This document shows positions 11,316 to 20,942 of a stretch of 32,000 nt of DNA, piece by piece. Made by a program: the position numbers and the translations under genes. This DNA is from Wallemia ichthyophaga EXF-994 (Eukaryota; Fungi; Basidiomycota). The stretch is taken from assembly GCF_000400465.1 (NCBI RefSeq), contig NW_008806276.1:30001-62000 (forward strand), written 5' to 3'. Position 1 is the first letter of the stretch. Every line of letters starts with the position of its first letter. The notes under the pieces are model-generated. The model saw nothing but the letters and a program-made list of their open reading frames with translations. It made no database searches and had not been told where the DNA came from.

Positions 11316-12806
11316 TTAACGCTGCTGTCGTTGTCCTTGTTGCCCTTGTTGCCCTTGCTGTCGTGGCCGTTGCTGCTTATATCGAGGCTGTGGAGAGTGT
11401 GGATAGACCATCTGCGGTGATTGGATAGGTGATGCGGCGGCGTTGTGGGCATTGTAAGCACCTAAAGCATCACCTAAACCCCCGGCCACTCCTCCAGTGC
11501 TCCCTCCAAACATCTGCATATGCGCTGCTTGCGCCTGCATTTGCCACTGTATTTGCCACTGCGCCTGCCACTGCATCTGCATCTGCATCTGCAACTGCAT
11601 CTGAGCATTGAATTGCGCATTAAAAGGGCTGTCCCTGCCGGTGTCTACTGGAGGTGGTCGCGTCACGGATGGTGGAGTGCGCGTGTCTGTTTTGGGAGTG
11701 TTATTCCTGCTGTTGTTCTGTGACTGCGATCGCGTAGGTGACTTGGGACGCAAGTTATCGATTTCCTGCGTAAGCGGTACGAGATTTGTTCCATTGTTAG
11801 GGAATCGCTCGCTCCATTCTTTGGCGTCGAACAGCTCGACGCCGTGAGGAGGCGTGTACGGTGTGTCTCCAGCGCTACCTGCGCCCTCCAAACCCACAGT
11901 TAACCAGCCTCTGCGTGCTTCGTGTGGTGTGCCAAATAACGCTAGTCGACGTGTACCACTGCAGAATGTCTCTATCAGCGCTAGTAGCTCGGATGGCTTC
12001 TGCTTCGATGACTTGGCTATGATGGTGTCTACGTCTATGTTGCAGTTGACAAAGTGCGAGTCTGATGCACGGCGTACTGTACCGCGTATGCCCATTAAGC
12101 AGTGCTGTTTGGTACGTTTGAAGAGTGTGTCTGAGGTTTTATCCTCGAAAACCTCGTCATCATTCGCATCCTCCTCATCGGCCGTAGTTTCCACCCATAT
12201 CACATCCTCGGCCCGTCTATACCCCCACCTTGCAAGCAATTCTCTGCCCTTCTCGAGCCCGTCATCGCCACCACTGCCGACCCAGACAAAGACGAAACTG
12301 GGATCAGCCGAGAGCTGGCGGATGGGGAGAGTAGCGAGAGCATCCCAAGTCCATTGAGAACCCTGAACTTGAGCTGACTGTGAGCCTGCCAGTGGAGGAT
12401 CGATGCAAATAACATCAAACTTGCTGCCCAAATTAATAACATCAAACAACCGAGAATGCTCGTGGGGCGATGATGGGATAGCTTCGACCAGGTTGAATGG
12501 GAGGTACGTTGGCGGGTATGAGTGCTTCTCAATGAGCTCCCCTTTCAACGCGAGTAGGTGCTTTAACCGCGGATACTCATCGAATCGCCCTTCTCTGTAC
12601 GCGTTTATGATCTGATCTTGCGGCCGTATTAACGTGTTCACATATGCTAAGCTGAAGTCATTACGCATCGACTCTTCTTTCGCACTGTATCGCTCCCCAT
12701 ATGCTAATCGCTTCTGCTTCTTGTCCTCGGGGAGTTCCTCTGTATACGCTGACGCTGACAGCTTGTCGCCATTCTCAGTCTTATTCTTATTCTCATCCTC
12801 TCTCAT
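11316..12806 (-). CDS. KAR4: MT-A70 family, METTL14/Kar4-like non-catalytic m6A methyltransferase subunit with a low-complexity C-terminal tail
   Basis: Motifs NDFSLAYVNTLIRPQ, FDVICIDPPL, WGYRRAEDVIWV, LFKRTKQHCLMGIRGTVRR..HFVNCNIDVD and IETFCSGTRRLALFG match METTL14/Kar4, and the DPPW motif of METTL3/Ime4 is absent. The exact start is uncertain; an upstream exon is possible. Confidence 0.85.
   Translation of the reverse strand: MREDENKNKTENGDKLSASAYTEELPEDKKQKRLAYGERYSAKEESMRNDFSLAYVNTLIRPQDQIINAYREGRFDEYPRLKHLLALKGELIEKHSYPPTYLPFNLVEAIPSSPHEHSRLFDVINLGSKFDVICIDPPLAGSQSAQVQGSQWTWDALATLPIRQLSADPSFVFVWVGSGGDDGLEKGRELLARWGYRRAEDVIWVETTADEEDANDDEVFEDKTSDTLFKRTKQHCLMGIRGTVRRASDSHFVNCNIDVDTIIAKSSKQKPSELLALIETFCSGTRRLALFGTPHEARRGWLTVGLEGAGSAGDTPYTPPHGVELFDAKEWSERFPNNGTNLVPLTQEIDNLRPKSPTRSQSQNNSRNNTPKTDTRTPPSVTRPPPVDTGRDSPFNAQFNAQMQLQMQMQMQWQAQWQIQWQMQAQAAHMQMFGGSTGGVAGGLGDALGAYNAHNAAASPIQSPQMVYPHSPQPRYKQQRPRQQGQQGQQGQRQQR
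11561..11606. repeat. Degenerate hexamer repeat (GCATCT/GCCACT) encoding the QM/QW-rich tail of the METTL14-like protein
   Basis: Sequence ctgcatctgcatctgcatctgcaactgcatctg; minus-strand translation QMQLQMQMQMQWQAQWQ. Confidence 0.7.
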
Positions 12807-13047
12807 CTGTACACGTCCTCATCGCCTTATAGGAGGGCTTTGTTGAGCAAATTCTATTTCCTCTGATTAGCTGCAAAATTTTACATTTCTTTTCTTCTCT
12901 TGGATGCTTGTGGGGATTCGTTTGTTCAGCTTCTCTTCTGCGTTTCATTCAGTTTGCTCGGTATTCATGACGTCAACTGGGTCACTCAATCTACGCAATG
13001 AAAAGCCTAGCGCTTTTTTTGAGCGTGCGGAAATTGCAACATGAAGG

Positions 13048-13087
13048 AAAAAAAAAAACCCCTTTTTTCCAAGAAAAAAGGGAAAAA
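13048..13087 (-). terminator. Pol III oligo(dT) terminators downstream of the tRNA, including a 10-bp hairpin at 13060..13082
   Basis: On the minus strand, T5 lies directly after the tRNA, followed by T6 and a longer T run. CCCTTTTTTC-CAA-GAAAAAAGGG is a perfect inverted repeat. Confidence 0.7.
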
Positions 13088-13186
13088 TGGTAGAACTGGG
13101 ACTCGAACCCAGGACGCCTGAGGCAGCCGGAAAACTTAAGATAAATTACTTAAGCCGACCCGAATAACCAACTATCGGATTCTACC
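13088..13186 (-). tRNA. tRNA-Leu(UAA) with a ~17-nt intron after position 37
   Basis: The minus strand folds as follows: acceptor GGTAGAA/TTCTACC with discriminator A; D-arm CGA..TAGTTGGTTA..TCG; anticodon stem GTCGG/CCGGC with CT-TAA-G; long variable arm TGCCTCAGGCG; T-arm CTGGG-TTCGAGT-CCCAG. The intron contains CTTAAG, complementary to the anticodon loop. Confidence 0.88.
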
Positions 13187-13549
13187 ATAGCAACAGAATG
13201 GCAAAACCGCCATACTATTCTTGCATAAGCGATATCGGTGGGCATTACATTTATAATTGAATGTGTTAGAAACTCTCAATTTTTCAGAAAGTTTTGTTGG
13301 CTGTCAATTTCAGCACTTGTCTTACAAATTTTTAGCCCACACTCAAACTTAATACCTCAGAACTGCGATGAGATGGTTTATGAGGCGTTGTTTACCTCTT
13401 GAAAGTGCGAAAAGTAACAATTTAAAAACAAAGACTAATTTTTACCCCTCGATTACCCCTACACGCTCAAACCCGCACACATAAAGCAGGGTAATTGAGT
13501 TGATACACTTTATCGCATCGACGCTCAACGCACAACACACAACCGACTA

Positions 13550-14278
13550 ATGAATATGTCATTCACGCTGGGATTGATTGTGGGACAGCTCAGCGTGATT
13601 GCATTGCTGATGTTGATAATAAAGTATTTCATATTCAGCGATGTGGATGTGGCGATAGAGAAGCGTCGTCGGAAGAAGATGAAAGGGGAATTGCGCGCGG
13701 AAGGTGAGGAAGGTGAGGAGGATACGAAAGGGAGTACGGAGAAAGAGGAAAGCGTCGAATGGATGAATCTGCTACTAAAATCGTTGTACGCTGTTTATCG
13801 GCAGCATTTCAATAAAGTGGGCAAGGAAAAGATAGAGGAGATGCTAAATAGACGCAGAGGGGGAGTTATGGACAGAATCATCGTCAATGACGTCGGTATT
13901 GGTGACAAGTATCCTAATTTCAGTAATGCACGCTACACACAAGGAAAATGCTACTTGGATTTTGATTATAACGACGAATTGGAGCTGGATGTCACAACGA
14001 AGCTGATGATAAACTACCCGAAGCCGAGATTCGGGAGCATTCCAGTGGACGTGGTGATACGGCTGATAAGGTTTAGTGGGAGTGTATGGGTGGAGGTGGA
14101 TGGAGGGGAAATGACGGTGGGGCTCTCGAGCAACTACAACCTCAACATCAAGTGCCAGAGCTACGTCGGCAGCCGCGCAAAGCTGAAGGATGTGCCCAAG
14201 ATCGAGGAATTGATATACAACAATCTCGACAACATCCTCACCAACAAGCTATCCGAGTATAAATTCAAGATCGTGTAG
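13550..14278 (+). CDS. MMM1: ERMES subunit Mmm1 (N-terminal transmembrane helix plus SMP lipid-transfer domain), 242 aa, intronless
   Basis: SFTLGLIVGQLSVIALLMLIIKYFIF matches the Mmm1 transmembrane signature. It is followed by ESVEWMNLLL, NYPKPRFGSIPV..IRFSG and SYVGSRAKLKDVPKIEELI. Confidence 0.85.
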   Translation: MNMSFTLGLIVGQLSVIALLMLIIKYFIFSDVDVAIEKRRRKKMKGELRAEGEEGEEDTKGSTEKEESVEWMNLLLKSLYAVYRQHFNKVGKEKIEEMLNRRRGGVMDRIIVNDVGIGDKYPNFSNARYTQGKCYLDFDYNDELELDVTTKLMINYPKPRFGSIPVDVVIRLIRFSGSVWVEVDGGEMTVGLSSNYNLNIKCQSYVGSRAKLKDVPKIEELIYNNLDNILTNKLSEYKFKIV

Positions 14279-14364
14279 CCATTGTAAAATAAAATTGATA
14301 ATCGCCTTCAATTCGGACTCTTTTCAGCGATCATCCGCCATCACCTGCGATCACCGAGTGTTTG

Positions 14365-14920
14365 ATGAGCCAGAGCCAACAGCTGCCGACGCTCGAGCCC
14401 AAGGCATACAGTTCACTAGCGATAAACCAGAAGAACATAGTGGAGCTGAGTGGCGACAAGGATTTGTACCTGTTCAAGCTTGACAACATATCCCATCACC
14501 AGCCGAGCGAGCAGACGCAGAAGAAAGAGCCGTCCAAGTCTGAGCTGGTAGCTAGGAGATATATGACAGACTCGACTACGCCGTCTTCGTCGAGGATGTC
14601 GAGTGTGCCGAGCGTGTCGAGCGTGTCCATGTCGACACTATCCACGTTATCAAGGGACAGGGACACCCGCAATCACGCTCACGCTCACAGCCCGACGAAT
14701 CGGCAGCCACTGGCGTGTATCGGGTGCAGGAAGCAGAAACTAAAGTGTTTGGGTGGCAAGCCATGTCAGCGCTGTGACAAGAGAGGTGAGAGTGTTCTCT
14801 GTGGTCCTATCCACCCATCTGACTTTCTCAATTCCAGGCAAAGACTGCGTATACGATACGCAAGTGCGAAGACGTGGCCCAGACAGAATAGCAGGCGGAA
14901 GGCTCAAGCCGGGGAGCTGA
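14365..14920 (+). CDS. Small Zn(II)2Cys6 binuclear cluster protein; exons 14365..14785 and 14838..14920 (167 aa)
   Basis: ACIGCRKQKLKCLGGKPCQRCDKRG is spliced (GTGAGA..CAG, 52 nt) to KDCVYDTQVRRRGPDR, which supplies the sixth Cys. The start codon is uncertain. Confidence 0.82.
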
Positions 14921-15014
14921 TGCGATTATATTTATTTTATTACCCTTGTCCATTGTCCATTGTACCTGTACTATCTACACGCTCTTTATTCAGTTCCACC
15001 AACTCAACTGAATT

Positions 15015-15952
15015 ATGTCATTTTTCAAATCCGTCGGCGACAACGCCAAGAAGTTTTCCAGCCAGGGATTCGATATGGCTAAATCTGGCGCTAATTCTGC
15101 TTCCTCTTTCGCAGGCGATATCGCTAAACGACCTGAACTTGATTTCAGTCTGCCGAGGGAATGCGACAAAGCGGCAGAAATCCTTCAGTCTTTTCTAGCT
15201 AATCCGGATGACCCACTAAGTGCACTGAACAGCATTCCCAAAGCTGTACTCGAGCGTGCTAGCGGTTTGGCCGTGTTCAGGATAATCAAGGCGGGTTTTT
15301 TAGTAACGGGCCGCGCAGGTAGCGGTATAGTTATTGCTCGACTAGATGACGGTACTTGGTCAGCGCCCTCGTGTATAGCTACCGGTGTGAGTTGGCTTGT
15401 TTGTTGGCGTGGTTTACACCGTCCACACCCACACCGCACTCACACCCTACACAGGGCGTCGGCTGGGGTTTGGCAGTCGGTGCGGACATTACAGATTTCG
15501 TTGTTGTCCTCAACTCGAAAGACGCAGTTGACGCATTCACTTTGGCTGGCAATCTCACTATAGGAGGTAACATATCAGCGTCGGCTGGTCCTTTGGGTAC
15601 TGGCGGGGGAGTGCAAGCTGCGTTATCCGACCCCTCACCTCTATTCTCGTACTCCAAGTCGCGCGGCCTCTTCGCAGGCGTCAGTCTCGAAGGTACTGCT
15701 ATCATGGAGCGGAGAGATACAAACAGTGCTTTCTACGGCACTTCTATCCCCGCTAAAGACATTCTCGGCGGTCGTATACCCCCTCCCCAAATTGGTGAGA
15801 AGATGTACACCGTTATCGAGAACGCGGAGGACGTCGACGAATCGTCTGTGCCTTCTCGAACTCATGTTCCCCCTCCGCCACCCGGTAACTCCTCACAATC
15901 ACCTGCAACGTCTAGAGGACAGACCCTTTTCGACGCTGAAGGTAGATCTTGA
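15015..15952 (+). CDS. YSC84: Ysc84/Lsb3-like (SYLF/YAB) actin- and lipid-binding protein without an SH3 domain; intron 15387..15454 (289 aa)
   Basis: Motifs IPKAVLERASGLAVFRIIKAGFLVTGRAGSGIVIARLDDGTWSAPSCI, GGVGWGLAVGADITDFVVVLN and FSYSKSRGLFAGVSLEG are present. It is the family rather than strict orthology that is recognised. Confidence 0.87.
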
Positions 15953-16239
15953 TGGCGTGAGCTGAGATGTGCGCCAGAATATGCAAGGAGGAGAGACGGG
16001 TAGATTTGGAACTTTTATAGCACACTGAGCACTCTGAACAATTTTTACATCATTTGATTCATCTGATTTACGTGTACGACTTGATTCATTCAACTTGATC
16101 TCTATCTACGTGAGATATCTTCTAAATCATCGTCATGTTTTGTGATTTGTTGTGAAGTATGATGTCATGTAGTGTTTGATTACAACGAGTGAGAGAAAGT
16201 AAGAAAGGAGAAAGTCGTCAAGTGAGATGTGTCGTTAGC

Positions 16240-17265
16240 CTATTTATAATCATAGAACCCTTTCCCAGATTTCCTGCCAAAGTTTCCAGCCTGTACGAGT
16301 TCATCGAGGAGAGGGATATCCTTGACAATATCCTTGTCAATGCCAGTAAGCTCGCCTTGCTCTGAATATGCTTTTTCTTTCCAGCCTTCGAGAATATGTT
16401 TAAGAGTGTCCAAGCCTATAAAATCACAAAGTTGGAAAGGGCCCATGGGATGGCCAGCGCCGAGCATCATTGCAGTGTCGACATCTTGCACCGACGCGTC
16501 ACCTCTCTCGACCAAGCGAATAGATTCAGCGAGGTAAGGCACGAGGAGGCGATTAACGATGAAACCCGGGGTATCGGCACAAGCGACGGATTTCTTGCCG
16601 AGTTGGGTGATGAAAGTGTTGAGGCGATCCTTTGTGTCTTGGTTTGTGAAAGGGGTGGAAATCACTTCAACCAAAGCCATTTGAGGGACAGGATTGAAGA
16701 AGTGTAAACCAGCAAAAGATTTCTTACGTGATTCACCAACTAAAGCTGAAATTTCAGAAACGGAGAGAGACGAAGTGTTAGTAGCGAAGATGGTGTTAGG
16801 ACTTGCAAGCTTATCGATGGCAGCGAATAGATCTTGCTTAATGCGAAGATTTTCAATGATTGCCTGGAATTGTTAGTGAATAGACAAAGTCATGGATATC
16901 CAAAAACCCACCTCAATGACGATATCAGATTGAGATACGGCGATTGAAGGGTCAGTGGTTAGATTGAGGTTTGTGAGAGTGTTTTCAATGTAATCTTCCT
17001 GTTGCTGAACGCTCTCGGCAAATCTCTTCTTAGCAACACGTGCAAGGCCTTTCTTAACGATAGCATGACCGTTATCGATAGCTTGATTAGAGACATCAGC
17101 TAAAGTAACTGAATGACCAGACATTGCACTGGATTGAGCTATTCCAGCTCCCATTAAACCCGCACCGAATATTGTAACTTTAGTGTGTGATATTGGTGTT
17201 GTATGGAGTGTGCGTAGGTGGCTGGTTAAACCAATTAATCTACGTGAAGCAGATGATTGTAACAT
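16240..17265 (-). CDS. HADH: Mitochondrial short-chain 3-hydroxyacyl-CoA dehydrogenase; intron 16864..16911 (325 aa)
   Basis: A presequence-like N-terminus precedes the Rossmann motif VTIFGAGLMGAGIAQ. Splicing restores VIEAIIENL..FATNTSSL..GLHFFNPV, followed by DTPGFIVNRLLVPY, GAGHPMGPF and GRKSGKGFYDY. Confidence 0.93.
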
Positions 17266-17399
17266 TTTTAAATTTAATTAGTTATATCTTTGTTGTTTCT
17301 GTGTGTAGGTTGGGTGTGTTGGGTGCACTCTTACAACCATCATCATCACCTGCGTCATTTGAAATTATTTGTTTAATCAGTTAATCAGTCAATCTGATA

Positions 17400-20088
17400 A
17401 TGAATCAAGATGGTAATGATCCCGATAACCCAGATATCTCAAAACAACCTCCCATTGGTTCAAGAGCAGCGCGTGAACAGCACCAAGAACAACGCGTACG
17501 ACAGCGAGGGTGGGTGAATAATGACACGAAAAACACAACTAAGATCATTTCACAGTGGTCAAGTATACAGATCAGGTCCATTACAGCTAAATATCCCAAG
17601 GAAACCACCAGCACCACAACAACCCCGTCAATCCGGTGAAAGAGAGCGTCTACCCGTTCCATCACCATTCAATAACCCTCCAATGCGTACAACCGCTATG
17701 ACTAACCTCTTTCGTCACTCTCTATCTCGTTCTCGCAGTCCTATACCACAACAACAACAATCTCCTTCTCCTCTTTTTGCCAATGTTAGAAGCAGTAGCC
17801 AGAGGAGTTACACGAGCAATAGACCTGAAAACTTCCAAACACAGGCCACTCTCATCGATTCAGATAACGGTATTAACGGTAGTAGTCCAAACAGCAATCA
17901 CAGCAATCAGGGTCGAGCTGGTAGTCCGCAAAGCAGCTTCTCCAGTGGCAGAAGCAGCTTATCCAATAACAGGAGCAGCTCGAGTGAAGAAGAGAGAAGG
18001 CGGAGGATGCAGAGTGAGAGAAGTGCGGGCAGTGAAAAAAGTGCACTCAGCACCCTCGATAGAACAACCCAAACCAGCGAATTTCCTAGAGATAGACTCA
18101 CTGATATTGACTCAGTCAATCAGAAAGTAGACGGGCATGATAGAGACATACTCTTCGGAAATAACCCTCTCTTCAACGATATTGATAGCACTCCACTCGA
18201 TGACGGTGATATGTCAGCAGATAAGAGCATCCTTAGTGACAGAGAGAAGCGCATGTCCACCCAACTCATACAGAGCAGTCGCGCTACCCCTCCTCCATCC
18301 AACAAGCGCGAAAAGGGCAAAGGAAGAGTGAGAGGGGAGAGAAAGAAGGAGACGAATATGGATCCAGAAAGGGAGAAGGATATAGAGAAAGAAACAGAAA
18401 AGGAGAATAGCACTGTGGATAAAGCCCACCCCTCTACAGAGCCCACCGAGGACTTTGACAGCCTGGTCGCACCTACACCCCAACAAGCCCCCGCTTCAAT
18501 TAAAAAGAGAGCCCGTAAATCTGATACCAACGAGGTTAAGGAAAGAAAAAAGGCGCGTAAATCTGACAATAAAGAGGCAAAGAAAGCACGCAAGTCTGAA
18601 AACAAATCCAAGAAAATGCGTAAATCACGTGTGACAGAGGATGTAGATGTTAAAGCTGAAACTGATCAATCCCAGCAAGCCCAACAAACCCAGCCATCAA
18701 AGAAGAAGGAGGAGAAAAAAGAGAAGAAAAATAAGAAGGATAAGGCTGCAAGAGAATCCGATAGTCGTCAGGTTAGACGCAGGAGGGGTGGTGTCCAGGA
18801 GGTAAGATCTGATGAAGAAGACGAGACCAGGCCTAGAAAAAGCGAAAGCACAGTTTTCAAAGTACCAGAGTTACCAGCGAAACCAGTCAAACGTAAAAGA
18901 AAGTCAGCGATACGACATGCGTACAGAGATGGCAAAACACAAGCTGATGTGGATAGAGAAGATGCAGCAGCAGCAAAGGCAGCTAAAAACCTAGCGAGGA
19001 AGCGTAAGAAGGACAGACGAATTGATGACGAAGAGATGCATCTTTTCCACACAATCTCTCTATCAGACCAAACGACGATGAATCCATTCGCTCAAGATAT
19101 CGACAAAAAACATGAGGCTGTTGCTAGCAGGGCAATAGCGAAATCTCAACGACAAATAAACGAGATTGATGTGTTTTGGAATTTGCTCGTCAACGAGGTT
19201 GATGATGTAATTGATCAAACTGAGTCACGCACACTTTTGCACGATATCAGACATTTCAATGCACTCCTTGAGAAGGAGTTTACCGAGAAGGTGGGCAGAG
19301 GTCTTCTTGGTGTAATCACCTTTTTCACCTAACAATCCCCGCAGACGGTATGGTTTGAGTATTGCGTCGCTCTCAATGCTCGTTTGGCAACTGCTAAAGC
19401 GCAACAGAAGGATATGCGCAAACGGATCCTTGAGACCCAGAAGTCAATTGCACAAGTATCCAAGCAGATGGCTGGGGTGCAGCAGGATTGGACAGAGAGC
19501 AAGCTACATAGAGAAGAAATGAGCAAGTTGAATTTGTGGATGAATGATGTCCAGTCTCGCAGAATACCACTCGTGGCTGGAGAAGAGATGGATATCGACA
19601 AGAAGGCCAATGTGCAGCTTAAGCAAGAGGTGTCAGATATCTACTCAAGTATTGAGCTCATCCGAACAGTATACTCAGAGGATCCTGATAGCTTCGCTGG
19701 GAATGTACAGCGGTTTGGAAATACCCAAGATAACGCTGGGAAATGCAGGATGTATGGTGTCTTTGATGATGATGGGGAGACTCTACCGGCGGACGAGGAC
19801 TACGAAGACATAATTTATGAGATGGAGTGGGATAGCGCGGGTATTGTGGGAGATGGCAACATTGCAGCCGCGGAAAATGATCTAGATGAAGAGCAATCCA
19901 GCGACGAGGAGAGTATAGGCAGTGTTTCAAGCGAAGATGTCAGCATTGATAGTGATAGCGTGTTCGTGAGCGATGTAGGCGATGTGAGCGACGAAGAAAG
20001 CTCAAGGCAGGTTGATGACGATAGTAGAGTTGCTGCGACGACGGATAGCCCGAATTCGTCACCGTCGTCAGGACACAAAGATATCTAA
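17400..20088 (+). CDS. Largely disordered K/E/R/S-rich nuclear-type protein with a helical C-terminal domain, candidate inner-kinetochore CENP-U/Ame1/Mis17; exons 17400..17509, 17556..19290, 19345..20088 (862 aa)
   Basis: Two GT-AG introns (17510..17555, 19291..19344) join three ORFs in frame. The gene model is well supported. The CENP-U assignment rests only on recalled similarity of the INEIDVF..LNARLATAK..MRKRILE segment. Confidence 0.6.
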
Positions 20089-20379
20089 TACGTGAATGTA
20101 ATTTATAGTTTTATTTGCAGCATATTTTATAGCCAAAGACATAGCCATGGGTTAGATGGCCAGCTTATACAGAAGATATAAGGAGAGAAATTAGGGATTT
20201 AAATACCCACACACTCACTCACACCCACTCAAATCGCCGTTAATTATCAAATAATTTTTTACCTGAGAATCGACTTGTGAAAAATCCTCCTGAGATGCTC
20301 GCCTAGCAACGCTCACGTCCAGGTAAATTTGAAAAAAACGAGAAAAGGGATAAATATTGATATACGCACGCAGGACAGA

Positions 20380-20882
20380 ATGCCAGCCAAGAACGTCACA
20401 CAAACCACCAACAAGGCCTTGTCAGCTCGCAAGCACACGCTCAAGGGTGGTCAAACCAACAAGAGTCGTAAGATCCGCACTCAAGTGCACTTCTACAAGC
20501 CAAAGACGTGAGTAGTGCGGGTATAGAGTTTGCGGGCTGTTTGCTCACCTAGATTCCTCGCAGTCTCCGTCTTCCAAGAGACCCAAAGTACCCACGTAAA
20601 TCAATTCCTTCTCGTGGCCAACTCGACCAATATCAAGTTATCCAGCTCCCAGTCAACACTGAGGCAGCTATGAAGAAGGTCGAGGATGACAACACTTTGG
20701 TCTTCACCGTCGACAGAAGAGCTAACAAGCGTCAAATCAAGGACGCTGTTAAGAAGTTATACGACGTTGACGCGGCAAAGATCAACACTCTCATTCGTCC
20801 TGATGCATCAAAGAAGGCTTTCATTAGACTCACTCCAGACCACGACGCCCTTGACGTTGCCAACCGTATTGGTTTGCTTTAG
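20380..20882 (+). CDS. RPL25: 60S ribosomal protein uL23 (L25); intron 20508..20563 (148 aa)
   Basis: Motifs [42 protein letters not shown] and [26 protein letters not shown] are present. Confidence 0.96.
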
Positions 20883-20942
20883 ATGGCTCTGGTTGTTTGT
20901 TTAACTAAAAGGCTTTTTGTTCATGCACGTGAATTAACATAT

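Noticed and set aside
14921-15198. C-terminal half of listed ORF 14362..15198
   Set aside because: It results from reading through the intron, the true stop and the start of YSC84 in another frame. The spliced Zn-cluster gene ends at 14920.
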